DNA of 64,000 bases, taken from Schizochytrium sp. TIO01 (Eukaryota > Protista > Bigyra: Labyrinthulomycetes). A program made the translations under genes and the position numbers. Of the stretch, positions 1 through 11,478 are shown piece after piece. Location of the stretch: NCBI GenBank assembly GCA_004764695.1, contig SMSO01000031.1, positions 6,430,761 to 6,494,760 on the forward strand, read 5' to 3'. The notes beneath the pieces are model-generated. The model was not told where the DNA came from. It saw only the letters and a program-made list of their open reading frames with translations, and ran no database searches. How positions within the stretch are numbered: position 1 is the stretch's first letter; the number at the start of each line of letters is the position of its first letter.

Positions 1-488
1 GCATATTTCTAGTTATGTTCAGGCTAGAAGAATAAATTGTGGAGGAGGATTAAGAGGAATGGTGAGTACTTTTATGACTCTACTTCCTCATTCGTTTTGG
101 GGTTGTAATGGGACAATTTATGTGATCGAACCTAGATTTGCAAGGAGAAGTAGCTCTTCTGCTTGTGGCCGCGTCACCAAGATACAAACTCTATCAAAAA
201 CGATTTTCGATTGTTCATCAGTCAGAAAAAAAAAAAAATCCATTTCAATTATTATTTTTAGAAGTTTATCATTGCAAGTGTTGACTAGTATGCGAAACGT
301 TGATAATCCAGGCCTACATGTCAATCAAGCATTACATGGCTTTAGATAGATAAAAGAATGATTGCCCTTCAAAATATCTGAGGGAAGCACCAATTTCTTT
401 GTGTTAGGACCTTAAAAAACGTCTCTAAAGCGTTGGGGCAGTATTGACCGAAGATTTACAGAAAGATTTGTTGTGCGAAAGGGCAACA

Positions 489-1550
489 TCAGGCTACAAC
501 AGCGGTGTTGGCATCTGCAGGAACTGCCTCGTCAGATGCAAGAGGGAATGAACCGTGCTCAAGCTGACGGGCCATCTCAGCCTCAACGTTGGGAGGCTGC
601 CAGCCAGGAGGCTTGATAATTTTACCATCCTCACGGCGCAAGAATTCGCCAGTGCTTGGATCACGCTTGTTCATGTTCGCCTGGTGAACAACTGCAAAGA
701 GGCTGCTGATATTCATACCATGGCGTGCAGCAGAGTTCAGGGAGTAGTAGTATGAATCGACAAGAGCATCAGCTTGGTCAGCAATAAGCTGAGTCAGGTC
801 ATCCTGCTGGGTCTTGGGGATATCCTTGCTGTCGCGAATGAACCCCTTCAGATCACTCTTGGCTTGCTCAGGGCCCATGACCGTGGCCATAAACTCCATG
901 ATCTCATCAAGCATCATTTTAGCCAAGAAGAACAAGCCATCGTAAGAGAAAGCCTCAGGAATTTTTGGAATAGGGCTGCCAGCTGCCTCGGTGAATTCGC
1001 ATACCTGCTCAGCATCAGATTGAGGGGTGCTCCCCTCTGGCTTTTCACTTCGAGCCGAAAAGCCGCCCTCCTTGAGCTGACGGGCAATCTCACCTTCAAC
1101 GTTGGGAGGCTGCCAGCCCTTGGGCTTGATAATCTTTCCGTCCTCGCGTTTGAGAAACTTGCCTGTTTCCGGATCGCGCTTGTTCATGTTAGCCTGATGC
1201 ACAACCGCAAAAAGGCTGCTCAAGTTGATGCCTTGGCGAGCAGAGGCATTAAGGGAGTAGTAGTAAGCGTCCACGAGGGCATCAGCCTGGTCAGCCATGC
1301 GTTGGATTTCACCATTCTCCATCCCTTCGTAGTCCGGGAGCTCGAGGTTGCGGCTCTCGTCAATGAAACCGCAGAGCTTGTCCTTCGCCACAGCAGGTTC
1401 CTCAACGGTTGCTGTGAACTCCATCATCTCGTCCAGCATCATCTTTGCCAGAAACTGCACCTGCTCGACGCTCATGGCCTCCGGGTGCTCCGGGGCACGC
1501 TGTCCAGCGCCAACGGTGAACTCTCGAACATGGTATGCGTCTGTGGTCAT
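489..1550 (-). CDS. Tandem-duplicated MazG-like/DR2231-type (PRA-PH-like, all-alpha) nucleoside triphosphate pyrophosphohydrolase
   Basis: 353-aa ORF made of two ~165-aa copies, each with MLDE-x-MEF, QADALVD-x-YYY, VHQANMNKRDP and REDGKIIKP-x-GWQPP. These match the EExxE / DxxxD / VHxxNMxK / DGKxxKP signature of DR2231-like NTP-PPases. Confidence 0.8.
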   Translation of the reverse strand: MTTDAYHVREFTVGAGQRAPEHPEAMSVEQVQFLAKMMLDEMMEFTATVEEPAVAKDKLCGFIDESRNLELPDYEGMENGEIQRMADQADALVDAYYYSLNASARQGINLSSLFAVVHQANMNKRDPETGKFLKREDGKIIKPKGWQPPNVEGEIARQLKEGGFSARSEKPEGSTPQSDAEQVCEFTEAAGSPIPKIPEAFSYDGLFFLAKMMLDEIMEFMATVMGPEQAKSDLKGFIRDSKDIPKTQQDDLTQLIADQADALVDSYYYSLNSAARHGMNISSLFAVVHQANMNKRDPSTGEFLRREDGKIIKPPGWQPPNVEAEMARQLEHGSFPLASDEAVPADANTAVVA

Positions 1551-2219
1551 CTTTGTCTATTGCCTTGTCCTCCCGCTCAACACGCTACTCACCAGGAATC
1601 TATATAGAATCAAATGTCAGTTCTGGATTTGGTTTTGCTACCTACCTTCACAACATTCTCGAGACAATCTTGATTCCCAATTGATCGATCGACTCGGTCG
1701 TTAGGATGCTCACCTAACTACCCACTGTGGTAGAGTTTCCGCTAGCCCCCTTCGCTCTATCGCCTAGATCGCAGGAAACTCAGCAAACTTTTGCAGTGCG
1801 CGTTCACTCAAATACTCGCAGCCTGATAACTGAATGGACCTCGAAAGCAGCATTGCCAATCTATGAATGTCGCAAAGGATCATACGGAAACCCCCAGATG
1901 TGGCAAGCAATATCTAAGATCTCATGGTTTGCTGCAATCAATCGCTCGTCGTTAGACTAGGACACATTTAACCTGTCCATATGTGCAACAAAGAGGGAAA
2001 AAATATAATAGTAGATCTCAGTATTTTTAGTAAAAGGAAGAAGATGATGAAAGGAGAAGCGAAAGTTAGCAGGCCGAATCAAATCGTTTTGCAGGCGCTA
2101 GTGAAAGCGACTGTTGAAAGCGCTTGAAGCAGTGGTCCACGACCCAAGGCTCAGGTTTCTGTGAGACGGCGAAGAGTTTGAGGCCTTTGTTCGAGGTTTC
2201 GCCAGCTGCAGTGATTGCC

Positions 2220-4931
2220 ATGGCGGCCGACAATGGGATGGAAACTACGACGAACTGTGCTGAGGTGATGAAGAAGCAGCACCAGCAACAGAAGAGCACC
2301 GAGGACGATGACGATGCTGACCTGTTTGGCGAGGAGTCAGATGATGAAAGAAAGACAAAGAATCCCTCATGCGAATCCTCTTCTGGTCATCGAAAGAATT
2401 CAAAAGCTGAAGATGATCCTGGAAAAGACCAAGATGATGGTGACAGCGACGCAGACTTGCTGGACAGCCTTCTCAGCGACGACGAAGAGCAGAAAGAATC
2501 TGGGTCTGTAGGTCTCGGTGAATCCTCAAGCAAAATTTCAGATGACGGCAAGACGAGCGAGAACAAAGTTAACAAGGAAAAGCGGCTCTTGCTCGAGGAG
2601 CTTGCAATGGAGCAAGCTACAGACGTTTTCCTCAGAGAGAGGAAAGCTCGTGAGGAGAAGCTTGAGCGTTTAGAGCTCAACATGTCGGATGCAGAAGCCC
2701 AAGCAGCGGCAAAAGCCAAAGCTCAGCAGACTATGGATGAGCGTACTGAGAAGTTCTCGGGGCTTCGACTTAGAGAACGGTACATGCCGGTTGACGTGCT
2801 TGAACGCAATATGGCCGGACGGCAGTTCGTGAAGCTCGGAGAGCTTAATGAGTCTTTGCTCGCAAACATGGCAAACCGAGCTAAGAAGGACTGGGTTATT
2901 ATCGGCGTTCTTGTGAAGAAAACAGTCACGCCACCTGATCAGGCAAAGATTCGTAATATGCCACGATCTCGCTGGATCGTTTCGGACCTATCTGCGAAAC
3001 GCACGTTTATCACTTTGAGTCTTTATGATGATGCTCATTATAAGCACTTTGATCGTACTCCGCTGGGAACAGTGGTTCTTCTTTATGAACCCTCTGTAAA
3101 AGCTGCAAAGAGCACTACATCAAAGACTGCATTCTATCTCTCAGTGTCCCTTGAGTCGCACATCATGCAGCTGGGTACATCTTATGACTATGGTCTTTGC
3201 AATGGTGTAGGATATAATGGGGAATTATGTACAGAGGTGATCAACACACGCTCCACGCGATTTTGCCCCAAGCATGCAAGCTCTGAGCTCTCCAATATTC
3301 GCTCGAGCCGCATGATGTTGCACAGCTCAAGTGGTGTCAAGGTTTCTCAGCCTGTGCGTGGAGGCAACTCGCGTGATTTATCAAGTACGATGGATGATGA
3401 AAACAAAACCTCTGATAACCAGCAACGCTCTGGAAAACGCAAACTCAGTGTTGCTGAGCAACTTAGACAAGCAAGGGAAAAGAAGCTGGCGCAAGAAAAT
3501 AGTAAGCGCAAGGCCGGACCTGGTAATGCCGTTGTCCTCGCTGACGGCACTGTGAGTGTTCAGCACGATGACAGTAAAAACGGTGCGAAGAAAGCGAAGA
3601 AGGAGGGTCCCATCAGTGATCGTGCTAACGCTATTGTAAGTGCCTTGAACAGCAACCTCCGGAAACACGGAGCGAATCAGGTTACGCAACAAACCTCTAA
3701 AGGATTGCGCCGTGCTTATGCCGCCATCACCGGGACTGACATCCAGGCCCAAGGACGCACCGATGGCGCAATGCAGCAGCGGGAATATCAGCGCGCTATG
3801 AATGACCCTCTCAAGGCAGCTACTCTCGCTCAAAACCGGAACAAGAATTTAGCTTCTGTTGGTGCGATGACCTCTCGTGTTGGAGCTCTACATAGGCGAA
3901 CAGATGGCCCTAATGCTGTTCGTGAGGCTGCCGAACTGGCCAACTCTCTCGACCCAAAGTTACAGTCTAAGATTAAATCTTCGTCGCAGCAACCTATCGG
4001 TAGTCAATCTGGCCGATTTGGCGTCAATGAGGAGGTAGTACGTCGGCGAAATGCGGAGCAACGTGTTGTTGATGAGCGCGCGCGCATGCAATACAACAAA
4101 CAGCAACGCGCAGACCAAATGAAGAAGGCTGTCAATGATCAAAAGAAGGCTCATGTTATGAGCCTTTTGAAGAATTCGCAGAGCAATGCGCTCTCGTCAC
4201 ATGATATGAACTCCACCCGCCTGAGAGATATCAAACGAGTACAGGCACCCGCGCCTGCCAGTCGCGGTCGAGATGTGCTCTTGGGGCTCACTTCTCAGAA
4301 AGCGCGTATGCAAAGTCAGGCTCGCTCTGGAATCTCACGCCCTAACATGCCTGCTATGCCCTCCGCAAGTTCTTTCAAAACAGGATCTGCAAGTGCATCA
4401 CTCGGGTTGGGAAACCCACATGCAGGCAAGCCGGACATTGTCATCTCCCTTAAGCAATCCCTTGATTCAAAAAGCGCTCAAGAGGTTTTGCGCACTAAGT
4501 CCAAGTTTCAAGATGCAGGCAATCATGCGAAAGCAAATGCTTTACAGAATACTTTGCGTGGGCTTGCATCTGCTGAGGACACTTCGAATCGCAAGGCTCA
4601 ACTCATGGAGATGAAGGTCAAGGCATTCATTTGCCATGACTGCGGTCGCACTACGGAGGAAGTCTTGCCCCGCTGTAAGCTTGAAGAGCACGAAACAAGT
4701 GAGCTTACGGTGACCAAGCGTTTCTTCAAGTGTGCTAAGCCTGACTGCGGAGAGCGCACCTTTACCCTTGGTCCAAAGACCTGTAGACAACCTTGCCCTG
4801 GTTGTAGTGGAATCCGATGGGTACCGTGTAGTGCCTACTCCGATAAAACTCTCGGTATCCACCAACGTAAGGCAACCAAAGACAGTACTTATGAAGCACC
4901 CACTACAACCTTTAATCACCGCGGTGGCTAA
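2220..4931 (+). CDS. MCM10: DNA replication initiation factor Mcm10
   Basis: EKFSGLRL motif; OB-fold (DWVIIGVLVKK...WIVSDL...GTVVLLYEP); CCCH zinc finger (GLC-x9-C-x11-CPKH); C-terminal Zn module (CHDC...H...KRFFKC...C...CPGC). First in-frame ATG at 2220; the ORF track starts at TTG 2124. Confidence 0.9.
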   Translation: MAADNGMETTTNCAEVMKKQHQQQKSTEDDDDADLFGEESDDERKTKNPSCESSSGHRKNSKAEDDPGKDQDDGDSDADLLDSLLSDDEEQKESGSVGLGESSSKISDDGKTSENKVNKEKRLLLEELAMEQATDVFLRERKAREEKLERLELNMSDAEAQAAAKAKAQQTMDERTEKFSGLRLRERYMPVDVLERNMAGRQFVKLGELNESLLANMANRAKKDWVIIGVLVKKTVTPPDQAKIRNMPRSRWIVSDLSAKRTFITLSLYDDAHYKHFDRTPLGTVVLLYEPSVKAAKSTTSKTAFYLSVSLESHIMQLGTSYDYGLCNGVGYNGELCTEVINTRSTRFCPKHASSELSNIRSSRMMLHSSSGVKVSQPVRGGNSRDLSSTMDDENKTSDNQQRSGKRKLSVAEQLRQAREKKLAQENSKRKAGPGNAVVLADGTVSVQHDDSKNGAKKAKKEGPISDRANAIVSALNSNLRKHGANQVTQQTSKGLRRAYAAITGTDIQAQGRTDGAMQQREYQRAMNDPLKAATLAQNRNKNLASVGAMTSRVGALHRRTDGPNAVREAAELANSLDPKLQSKIKSSSQQPIGSQSGRFGVNEEVVRRRNAEQRVVDERARMQYNKQQRADQMKKAVNDQKKAHVMSLLKNSQSNALSSHDMNSTRLRDIKRVQAPAPASRGRDVLLGLTSQKARMQSQARSGISRPNMPAMPSASSFKTGSASASLGLGNPHAGKPDIVISLKQSLDSKSAQEVLRTKSKFQDAGNHAKANALQNTLRGLASAEDTSNRKAQLMEMKVKAFICHDCGRTTEEVLPRCKLEEHETSELTVTKRFFKCAKPDCGERTFTLGPKTCRQPCPGCSGIRWVPCSAYSDKTLGIHQRKATKDSTYEAPTTTFNHRGG

Positions 4932-5318
4932 ATTCTCTTTCTGTAGCAACCTATGCAATTGATCGTCTCGTGCACAAGTGAAAGCACAGAAACAAAGATC
5001 TTCTTGCATTTGGCGCCAATATTGCTGCCGAAAAGTAGAATGAGCAAGTATAGAGAAGGCGGAGGTAAAATAAATATGATGTCTTTGCCCTTGTATAAGA
5101 ACTATCTCATACTGGAACCTTCGTATATATTAGAGAAAATTAATAGAATAAAAAAGGTGTTACCATGTTATATTATTGGTTTTGAAAGATTTGAAGGAGT
5201 GTCGTACTTTCGCTTTTAGATATGCTTCCCTGTTTCGCCTCCTATGAAGGGATTGCACTGGTTCATAGTATTGTTTTTTGTTTGTTTTTTAAAGAAGAGT
5301 ATATAACCTTTTACCCTT

Positions 5319-7070
5319 TTACGGAGAAACGGGCGCCTCATCTTTTTTTGCCGGTTTCATTGCTGTGAGCATGCTCAACACTTTGCGCATATGGCCTCTT
5401 TTCATGCCAAATTCCTCCAAATAGTCTTCTTCTTCTAGTCTGAAAAGATCCGAGGTGTCACGAACGCCAAAAGATGCCATGGCATCATGATACTGATTTA
5501 AATTAGCCTCTGCAAGGAATTCCTTCAAGGGCACGACAGGCACGAATACCATTTTCTTTTTCCTCATGTCAACACACTCTCGTTTGAGAACTTGTACCTC
5601 TTTGCGTAGAGCATTGTTCTCCTGTTTAATCTCGAAAACCTCTCGTTTCAAGCTTCGCACCTTTGCTTTGTCTTCTTTACCAGGGTTTGTAATTTTTTCA
5701 ACAAGTCCTCTTTTCTGCTTCCGTCGAATATTCATAATCTGAACGAACTCAGCAAAACAAATCTCTCCAGAGTTGTCAACATCAACCTCCTTAATAAGCG
5801 CCAAAGCGGCGCTATGTGAAAGCTCGTCGCCGAGCGTACGAAGCGCTTCGGTTAACTCGTCTGTGTCCATTTCTCCACTACCGTCTTCATCAAAGCGCTC
5901 GAATTGCTCCTTGAAGTCGTGGAGTTGCTCTTCTGAAAATACCTCTGCTAGTTCTTCCGGTACAAACCACATAACCTCATCAGGAATCTTGTAGGTTTTT
6001 TCTAGCGTTACTTTGTTCACATAGTAGTCTCTGCGCCGCACCTCATCATATTTCTTGACCCAGTCCCCCATTCTAATTCTTGCTAGCATTCGCTGTTCGT
6101 GGATACGCTCTTGCTTCGCGTTTTCGCCTAGCCTCCCTTTGATTTTTGTGAACATTGCTCCAGCAGCATTTTTGACAGTGTTACCATTGACAAGCTTTTG
6201 AAATTGATCTTGCAGTGTTTCGCCGTAGCCGTTGCGCATTAAGTGCATCAGTGTGAGGAATTCATCGAACTCTACAGTTCCATTCCCATCTGAATCTACA
6301 AGTCGAATGAGGCGACGAATGCGAGGCCTCGAGATTGCAATATCCAGCTCCTTGAAGAGCTTTGCTAGCTCACCATCATCCAATTTGCCACTTTCGTCTT
6401 CATCGATTTCGCTAAAGCGGAGACGCATTTTAGCAATTTCCTTCCTCTGAAAGAGAGCCTTGTTCTCCTCAGATACTGCATATACATTATCTTTTGGACG
6501 AATCAGAGTGCGTTCATTTGTCTCTGCGTTAAAGTAGTAGCGTTGATTGTTAGCTTTGTCAAAGTGCTCAGTCCAGGGTTCAGGGAGTGGCTCAAAAGGC
6601 TCTACAACTTCTGACTCGGGGCTCTCCAGGCTCTTGATACCCTTCTTTGTTCTTGCTTGAACTGTGAATTTATACTTGCAACCATTCGTCAGAGGCGTCA
6701 CCGTCACAGACGTGGCTGGAAAATCAATTTCTGCTGCCTCTCCCTTATATTTCCATTCATTTCCATCCATGCGATACTTTCGCACTACATACGTATGCGT
6801 GGTACTGTAAAGAGGCTCGTCAGCACTCCCAGCTGTAGACCCTCTGCGATCGTCATTTTCGCTTCCGTCGGTCCACCAGACCGTGGCGCATCCATCACTT
6901 GCTCGGGCTTTGCAAATCCCGGGGCGTCTGGGTTCAATGCCACCGCCTATCGCAAGAGATGTTTTGCTAGGTGCCTTTGCCAAGCTCTCTGTATCATTTT
7001 CCTCGCGAACTTTGGCCTCAAATGACGTCTCTTTGCTCGTAACGAGCTCTGCTTCATCATCGCTGTCCAT
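5319..7070 (-). CDS. Multidomain Ca2+-binding protein: FN3 - WW - EF-hand pair - WW - EF-hand pair - coiled coil - SAM
   Basis: FN3 (LTNGCKYKFTVQART...SLESPES); WW-like LPEPWTEHFD...YYFN and WVKKYD...YYVN; EF loops DEDESGKLDDGE, DSDGNGTVEFDE, DEDGSGEMDTDE, DVDNSGEICFAE; SAM-like FLAEANLNQY...FGMKRGHMRKVL. Confidence 0.8.
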   Translation of the reverse strand: MDSDDEAELVTSKETSFEAKVREENDTESLAKAPSKTSLAIGGGIEPRRPGICKARASDGCATVWWTDGSENDDRRGSTAGSADEPLYSTTHTYVVRKYRMDGNEWKYKGEAAEIDFPATSVTVTPLTNGCKYKFTVQARTKKGIKSLESPESEVVEPFEPLPEPWTEHFDKANNQRYYFNAETNERTLIRPKDNVYAVSEENKALFQRKEIAKMRLRFSEIDEDESGKLDDGELAKLFKELDIAISRPRIRRLIRLVDSDGNGTVEFDEFLTLMHLMRNGYGETLQDQFQKLVNGNTVKNAAGAMFTKIKGRLGENAKQERIHEQRMLARIRMGDWVKKYDEVRRRDYYVNKVTLEKTYKIPDEVMWFVPEELAEVFSEEQLHDFKEQFERFDEDGSGEMDTDELTEALRTLGDELSHSAALALIKEVDVDNSGEICFAEFVQIMNIRRKQKRGLVEKITNPGKEDKAKVRSLKREVFEIKQENNALRKEVQVLKRECVDMRKKKMVFVPVVPLKEFLAEANLNQYHDAMASFGVRDTSDLFRLEEEDYLEEFGMKRGHMRKVLSMLTAMKPAKKDEAPVSP

Positions 7071-7781
7071 CGATTAGAGAACTCTGTTGCTCGTCCCCAC
7101 GTATCTAGCTAGGTACAGCGCCAGGACGCCCACAAATTCTCGGAACGCCTAGAGACTACAGCAGACCTAATCTGCAGCTCCTTTGTTCTTTGCACTGCTG
7201 TCCCGCTCGCGTAAGAACCACAATGTTCGCAATCCTTCAAGTTGTGTCAGGCACTAGATTCGTCCTCCCTTGGTGATATCACAATTCATGAGCTTCCAAA
7301 TCTTTCGTAACGCTTCGCGAAATCCAAAGACAATCCGTGTTTGCACCGTTCCTTAATCTGACGGCTCTTCCTCGCCAACGTTTTGCTCCCAGGCCATGTG
7401 GTGCAGCTCTCGCGCCGCTGCCCGCTTCCATTCCATGTACTCCCTCAGCACTTTGCAATCAGGTACACACCTCTTCTGCTACTTGTTCCGTCCAAAAACA
7501 CCCACGCAGACTTCTCGGCGTCCTAAAATCAGCACGTGGCGTCCTAAATTCCCGTTCTGTTCCAGCCACGCAAGTGCCGGTGGATACATATCCTTTACTC
7601 TAGGACGCATATAGCAGGCCGTTCCAAAGCGCCAACTTGGTCAAGACTCCAGTAGATTTCTGACTGAGTCTTGTTGGATTGGAGTACTTCATTCATTCAT
7701 TCATTCCTCACTCGGTCTTGGATCACTCTTCTCCGCGTGGACACCACCGTCAACCCTCACTCGTGCGGTGCCTGCATTGAC

Positions 7782-7817
7782 TCATTCATTCATTCATTCA
7801 TTCATTCATTCATTCAT
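7782..7817. repeat. (TCAT)n microsatellite
   Basis: Tetranucleotide run read directly; a shorter copy lies at ~7688-7705. Confidence 0.9.
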
Positions 7818-8157
7818 TTGCTCATTCGTTCACAATGATCTTGCTTTGGAAAGGGCGAAAGTGCTCGAGTTGTGTGTTGTTTAGTATCGATTTGTGTTTG
7901 CTATTTATTTACTCTTCGCAGTGTTTGTTGAGCTGTCACTTGTCTTGTCTTGACGCTCTCTCGCGTCTTCTTGCAAGGCGAGTCCCTCAGGCCTGGAAGG
8001 AGCCCACTCTTGAGGAGCAATCGACCTTCGCTGACCCCCGCACGCTGCACATTTGCTGGCGTCCGGAAGGGCTCTTGCCATGGTGCTTGCTTCGCCGCTC
8101 TCGATCGTTTGATTGCAATGGCACTTTGCAATCTCGAGAATTAATGCCCTTTTCATT

Positions 8158-8213
<56 letters not shown>
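8158..8213. repeat. (AATC)n microsatellite
   Basis: About 14 consecutive AATC units. Confidence 0.95.
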
Positions 8214-8215
<2 letters not shown>

Positions 8216-8326
8216 TCTTTCTAGGCCTCTGCAACTACTAGTGCGCAGTAGGTAGGTGCTAGTGGCCCTGTGCTGTTACCTCTCCATATTATTATTTATG
8301 CCGCTTCTTCATATATGAGTGCGAAC

Positions 8327-8570
8327 ATATATATATATATATATGTGTAAATTTATGCACACGTGTATATCAAATGTATGTTTGATGTATAATGTAGAAT
8401 GTATAATGTATAATGTGTTATGTAAAATGTAAAATGTAAAATGTATAATGTGTTATGTATTAATGTATAATGTATAATGTATAATGTAAAATGTAAAATG
8501 TAAAATGTATAATGTGTTATGTATTAATGTATAAGATAAACGAACGAATGAATGAATGAATGAATGAATG
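8327..8570. repeat. Compound simple-repeat block: (AT)n, AATGT/ATAATGT/AAAATGT tandem units, (GAAT)n
   Basis: Read directly; includes a duplicated aatgtaaaatgtaaaatgtataatgtgttatgtattaatgtataa higher-order unit. Confidence 0.85.
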
Positions 8571-9418
8571 AGTGCTTTGATGGAGGAGTGTGCAAGTGAG
8601 TAAGCACCTTCGCAGCCGCAGCTGATTCCTTGCTGACACGATGGTCGCTCGCAGAAGCAAAGCAAGGCGGTGCACGAGGACTCAAGAGCGTCCACCGATC
8701 ATGGACGAGGGTTGCTCAGAGTTTGCTTGCTTGGGTTTGCTAGTTTGCACAAGGAAGAAGAAGAAGAAGAGGAGACTGCGTCAACAGTCGAATCGATCTC
8801 TTTCCAAGACTTGACTAAGTAAGAATAATGGACTGCTAAGAAAAGCAAAACTTATGAGTGTAGAAAGAAAGAGAGAAAGAAAGAAAGAAAGAAAGAAAAA
8901 GATAAGTTTTAGAAATAAGTTAGGAATAAGTTGGAAATAGAAGGCAGCAGAGTAAACGCAAAAGGGAACCAACAGTCGGCCCCCTTCCATTAGCTGCCAT
9001 CAGCAATACCGCCCAACATCAGGAGAGGATCAAATGAATTTCAACTGGGCTTCATGACCCATCTATTTCTTAATTCGGCTTTACCTACTTTTCAAGGATT
9101 TCTTTATTGCTTTTTTTTTTTTTTTTTTTTTTTTTCTCTCACTTCTAATTAATAGGAGAAGTAGTGCTATAGAGAAAGTAAAAGTATTGAGGGCCTAGCG
9201 ATGGATAGGAGAGGGCTAGCGATTGGGTGTGAGCTAGTGGGGGGCTAGGTGGAGAGCTAGGAAGGGGAAAGGCTAGGCAAAGAGGTAGAGGACGACTAGG
9301 TGACGAGGGAAGCAAACCTCGAAAGGGCTTCGATCGCGAGGCTCGTTGAGGTTGGAGTTCGGGTAGAGAAGAAGCACGTTTGCTTGGTTGCTGGCGTGCT
9401 GCTGAGGAGGCGGACAAG

Positions 9419-11478
9419 ATGTGCAAGGCGAACTATGAGGTGGATGCAGATTACCTGCAAGACATTCACTCGTCGCAGCGCATGCGCTCGCGCACAAAGA
9501 GCATCTCGGACCTTGCTGAGCCTGCACAAAGTTCTATTGTGCAATTTAGCACGTATTTCATCTACGTCTGCGCAGTGCTGCTGGGACTCTGGTACGACCT
9601 CGTGGATCTGATTCTTCGCGTACGTTGGAAAGGATGGCAAACCTGGGAGAGAGAAAAGGACCTGGCGAGGGTGCACTGCTTCCTTGCTAGAGGGATATTC
9701 AATAAAATGTGCCAAGATTGGACAGTGGGCTAACTTAATTATATGAGAGGGTGTGCGTGCCACCTGGATTATGAATCTTGTACGGGGCTCGTCATAAATG
9801 TGGCGGTGCTCTCCTCTTGTTTTGTGCTTGAATAATACACAGCGGAATAGGCGCCGTGCTCCGGAAGGGTATGCCCCCGTGGTCAAGGGCTTTGATTCCT
9901 TCTATAGCAGACATCTGTACGTTATAAGTTGAATGAACATGTGAAAACCCTGTTACTACGCGCAAAGCCAAAGCGCTGGGGATTCTCATCTGAAGAACCG
10001 ATTTTACGCTCAAGTCATGAGTATATACGAAAAATCTAGCTAGTTGCTATTGCCCGACGATCAATTTTCAAGAATCGTTATGCACGAAAACGAAAGTAAA
10101 AAGAGGGGAGAAACATTCGACTGACTCGCTCACTCACTAACTCACTCACTGTATGATACATCATTTCACATGATCCACTGGTTGAATAACACACACACTT
10201 TTTATTTACCTCTGGAACAGTGCGAGCCGTCTGTGGAACTGCTTGAATAATGTTGTGTCAAGTACCCCTGGCGCAAGAATCGACGTTGTACAACGTCAAC
10301 GCCACCCGGACGGTCGTGTAGAACTCTTGGACTCAACGAAAAACTGCTTGAACCTTGGCTCATACAACTACCTCGGCTTTGCTGATGACTGGCAGAACAC
10401 CTGCCGTGACCGTGTCATGGATACCTTAGATGAGTTTGGTGTTACTGCCGCTGCATCTTTGTCTAGCGGCGGCTACACCTCTGTGCATAAGGAACTTGAG
10501 CAGCGCATTGCTGCTTTTGTTGGCAAAGAAGACGCGGTGTGCTTCAATATGGGTTACGGAACTAACCAGACTGCCATCCCTGCATTTTTTGGCAAAGGTT
10601 GTCTCCTCATCAGTGACACTCTGAACCACACTTCAATTGTAAATGGTTCGCGTGCCTCAGGTGCCACCATTCGTGTTTTCAAGCACAACAACGTTGAGCA
10701 CCTCGAAAGCGTACTGCGTACTGCCATTATTGAGGGCCAACCCATGACAAACCGCCCGTGGAAAAAGATTCTGGTTATGGTTGAAGGTGTGTATAGCATG
10801 GAAGGTGAGGTTTGTGAATTGGCCGGTATCGTGGCAATGGCCAAGAAGTACAAGGCCTATATGTATGTTGACGAGGCGCACTCAATTGGTGCTTTGGGTG
10901 CCACAGGCCGGGGTATCTGCGAATATGCTGGTGTAGACCCGGCTGATATTGACATTCTCATGGGTACTTTCACGAAGAGCTTCAGTGGTATGGGTGGATA
11001 TGTTGCGTCCAGCAAAGAGTTTATCGATTACATTCGGGCAAACAGCATGGGCACCGTTTTTGCTCAGTCCATGTCTCCTGTAGTTGCTCAGCAGATCATC
11101 ACTGCAATTCGCATCATCACTGGTGAGGACGGCACCGACCTTGGTCGCCAGAAGCTTCAGGATATCCGTGACAACTCAAACTACTTTCGCAAGGAGCTTA
11201 TTCGCATGGGACTTCAGGTTCTTGGTGATGAGGATTCTCCTGTTATTCCTGTCATGCTTTATATCCCGACGAAATTGAGCCTTTTCCACGCATTGTGCAT
11301 GGAGCGTGGATTGGCTGTCGTCTGTGTTGGCTTTCCTGCTGTCAGTCTCAACGGCAGCCGCGTTCGTTTCTGCATTTCTGCTGGTCACACACGGAAAGAC
11401 CTTGAGGACGCCGTTGAGAAGCTCCGCGAAGTTGCGGATATTCTTATGCTACACTACAACTACTCTGCACTTGGATGA
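9419..11478 (+). CDS. LCB2: Serine palmitoyltransferase catalytic subunit LCB2/SPT2; exons 9419-9619, 9843-9916, 10221-11478
   Basis: Splicing at GTACGT...CAG (9620-9842 and 9917-10220) restores GYAPVVKGFDSFYSRHLASRLWNCLNNVVSSTPGA, the conserved LCB2 N-terminal motif. Also NLGSYNYLGF, EGVYSMEG, DEAHSIGA and the PLP-lysine motif GTFTKSF. Confidence 0.93.

Noticed and set aside
774-1607. 277-aa plus-strand ORF
   Set aside because: Antisense shadow of the NTP pyrophosphatase gene.
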